From Klebsormidium nitens (lineage: Eukaryota; Plantae; Klebsormidiophyceae), in contig DF237686.1 of the NCBI GenBank assembly GCA_000708835.1, positions 1-38,822 of the forward strand: 38,822 bases of DNA, in the 5' to 3' direction. Below, one piece after another: positions 36,939 through 38,822 of this stretch (position 1 is its first letter; the number at the start of each line of letters is the position of its first letter). The notes below the pieces were generated by a model, which saw only the letters and a program-made list of their open reading frames with translations, ran no database searches and was not told the origin of the DNA. Position numbers and translations under genes: made by a program.

Positions 36939-38667
36939 CTAGGTCACGGTCACATAGCAGTTGAAGTACGACGGCAGCGAGTCCCACGGGTTCCCATCCG
37001 GCCCGTCCGTGGTCACATAACAATAGTTATATCCGGCTTCGCGCACTGGTTAACGACCGAAACGTAGTTAGCGTCGGTCGACCGATATACCAGGGACGCA
37101 ATCTTGGCGCCGCAGGTGCTGCACTTGTTGGTGTCGTTTTGGGCGGCGTTGGGAAGGTACGGTTTGGTTCCGGGATAAATCCCCGTGCAGAAGCTGTCGT
37201 CACTGTGTGCGGAGGGGAAAGTAGGGATGGGGCACCTGCAGAAAAACGGGAGAAAAATATGTAAGGGCCTTCGTCGACTCGTCTGCTTGATCGGGATGCG
37301 AAGGAACTTGATCACGTACTACCAAGCAGCATCCCGGAAGCTCTCAATACCGTGTTCAGTTCTTCCCGATTTGGGGAACGTTTGCCTCCAGCTTCGTCAC
37401 ACGGGCTGGCTTCGTTCTACTAATATGCGGCGTCATTATGTCAGGCTGCGCCGAATTCGCTTTCAAAGCTAGCTGCCCGCGCGTCTCGTGCAGGGAATCG
37501 ACTTTGTCCAGGGCTTGAGTGTTTGAAAATGTCTTTTGATGCAAAGCTGGAACAGACTTTCGAAAAGAGCGCTTCAAAACCGAAGATTATGGTCAGAGTT
37601 GATGGGCTCGACAAAGCGCTAACATTGCCGACGGGCCAAGTGCGTCAAGAGAGGAGGTCAAAAACCACGTGTCTCATGAGATCACATGCCGTGGTAATTC
37701 GCACTGCCGGCCAGTTGTTTCCCAGTCTCCTCAAACCCAACCACAAGGTCGAAGATGTCAGTCATGGACGGCTCGAATCTGCCCCCAGCGTTAAGGACCC
37801 GGGTACCGGTAACTAGGCCCGCCACTTGCTGGTAGTACCTCTTGTCGTTGTCGGCACCACCCGGACTGGCCGCGTACTGCGGAGAGTGTGGTTATACGGA
37901 GACCTGTGTCAATTCAAGCGGGAATTTGAACGCCAGGAAGAGTCGGTTCTTTAGTTACCAATTTGAGTCAAGGATTGACCAGCCCAGTTGATGCTGATCG
38001 ACGTGACGTTTGGAAGCGGCCCATAAGTATATATGGGCAGCTGGTCGAAGGACTGACGCGACAAAATCGTCTTCACGTCTGATGCGTGCCAGCCGTCTTG
38101 GTGCCAACTTGAGAAAGTGCAGGACCCACAACAAGGTCATTCTGAATGACTTGAAGAGCTGGTTGAGACACCGGAGCTTGGTTCAAGGGCAGATTGGTCT
38201 AGCAATCCCTTCTTGACAGTGCGAAGAAGCAGTCCTGCTTTTCAGCCTGAGTCACTGAGTGGTCTCAGCAATATTAAGAAGATCCTTTGCGATATCAGGG
38301 TTATCAATCGTTGACTCACTCCGTATCCGCAATCTTGTCTGCTTAGTTTCACAGGTCAGAGCTGCATCATGTCCTGCATCATGTAGGAAGGGGGAAAAAT
38401 CTGTGCGCCCGCTCACCCAGGTCGTTGCCTCATCAAAGAAGACCCCATCCAAGGTTGAGAAATATGAGGTAAACAGCTGGTATTCGGCTTTGACCGCGTC
38501 GACTGCCTTGTTGGTGTGCGTGGTCGCGATGTAACCCCTTTCGCCCGCAGCTTGGTGATGCAGGGACTGGAGGTGCGTCCGAAATCCTGGGCCTCGGTCA
38601 AGTTCTTCCCAGGGCCACTGTTTGGGTTGATGACGGCAATGCAGTTGGCGCCACAAGCGGCCTGCAT
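36939..38667 (-). pseudogene. Spherulin-4-like (GH135) copy B, frameshifted tandem paralog; 5' end may extend beyond the window
   Basis: Same exon/intron architecture as copy A: 38417-38667, 37686-37876 (191 nt, same length as in A), 36939-37235. Motifs: VINPNSGPG, LDGVFFDE, VVGFE, NPWDSLPSY. It has a 13-nt deletion near 38531-38538 and a 1-nt deletion near 37035-37039 relative to copy A. Confidence 0.8.
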
Positions 38668-38822
38668 TTGCAGGAGAAGTTGGTCGAGCGCGGAAGACGG
38701 GAAGAAGCAATGCTGGGTCTGGTCTTGTGAGCTCTTTCTTCAATCATCCATTAAGTGTTTCCTCAGAAATTCTGCATCAGGCAGACCATGACCAGGTAAC
38801 AACAATAAGAAACTGTTAGAAG

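Overview
This is a eukaryotic, intron-rich nuclear window of green-plant type. Gene content and structure suggest a streptophyte alga such as Klebsormidium (inference; no database search was possible). I spliced the genes by hand using GT-AG boundaries and frame continuity. In order: (1) RPS5/uS7 on the - strand, 5 exons, 195 aa; (2) pyroglutamyl peptidase I (C15) on +, 4 exons, 242 aa; (3) an 18-kb, 27-exon, ~2460-aa PHYLLO gene on -, fusing a plastid transit peptide with an apparently intact isochorismate synthase (MenF), MenD, MenC and MenH of the phylloquinone pathway; (4) a CGI-58/ABHD5-like alpha/beta hydrolase on +, 7 exons, head-to-head with PHYLLO; (5) two tandem spherulin-4-like (GH135/Sph3-type) glycoside hydrolase genes on -. 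The distal spherulin copy has two frameshifts and the proximal copy has no clear ATG. Most ORFs in the supplied track are exon fragments or spurious. No rRNA, tRNA, CRISPR array or recognisable transposase was found. The best leads are the four-module PHYLLO with a complete ICS and the GH135 pair, which is unexpected in a plant-lineage genome. Four-module PHYLLO is known from some green algae, so I cannot claim a wholly new system.
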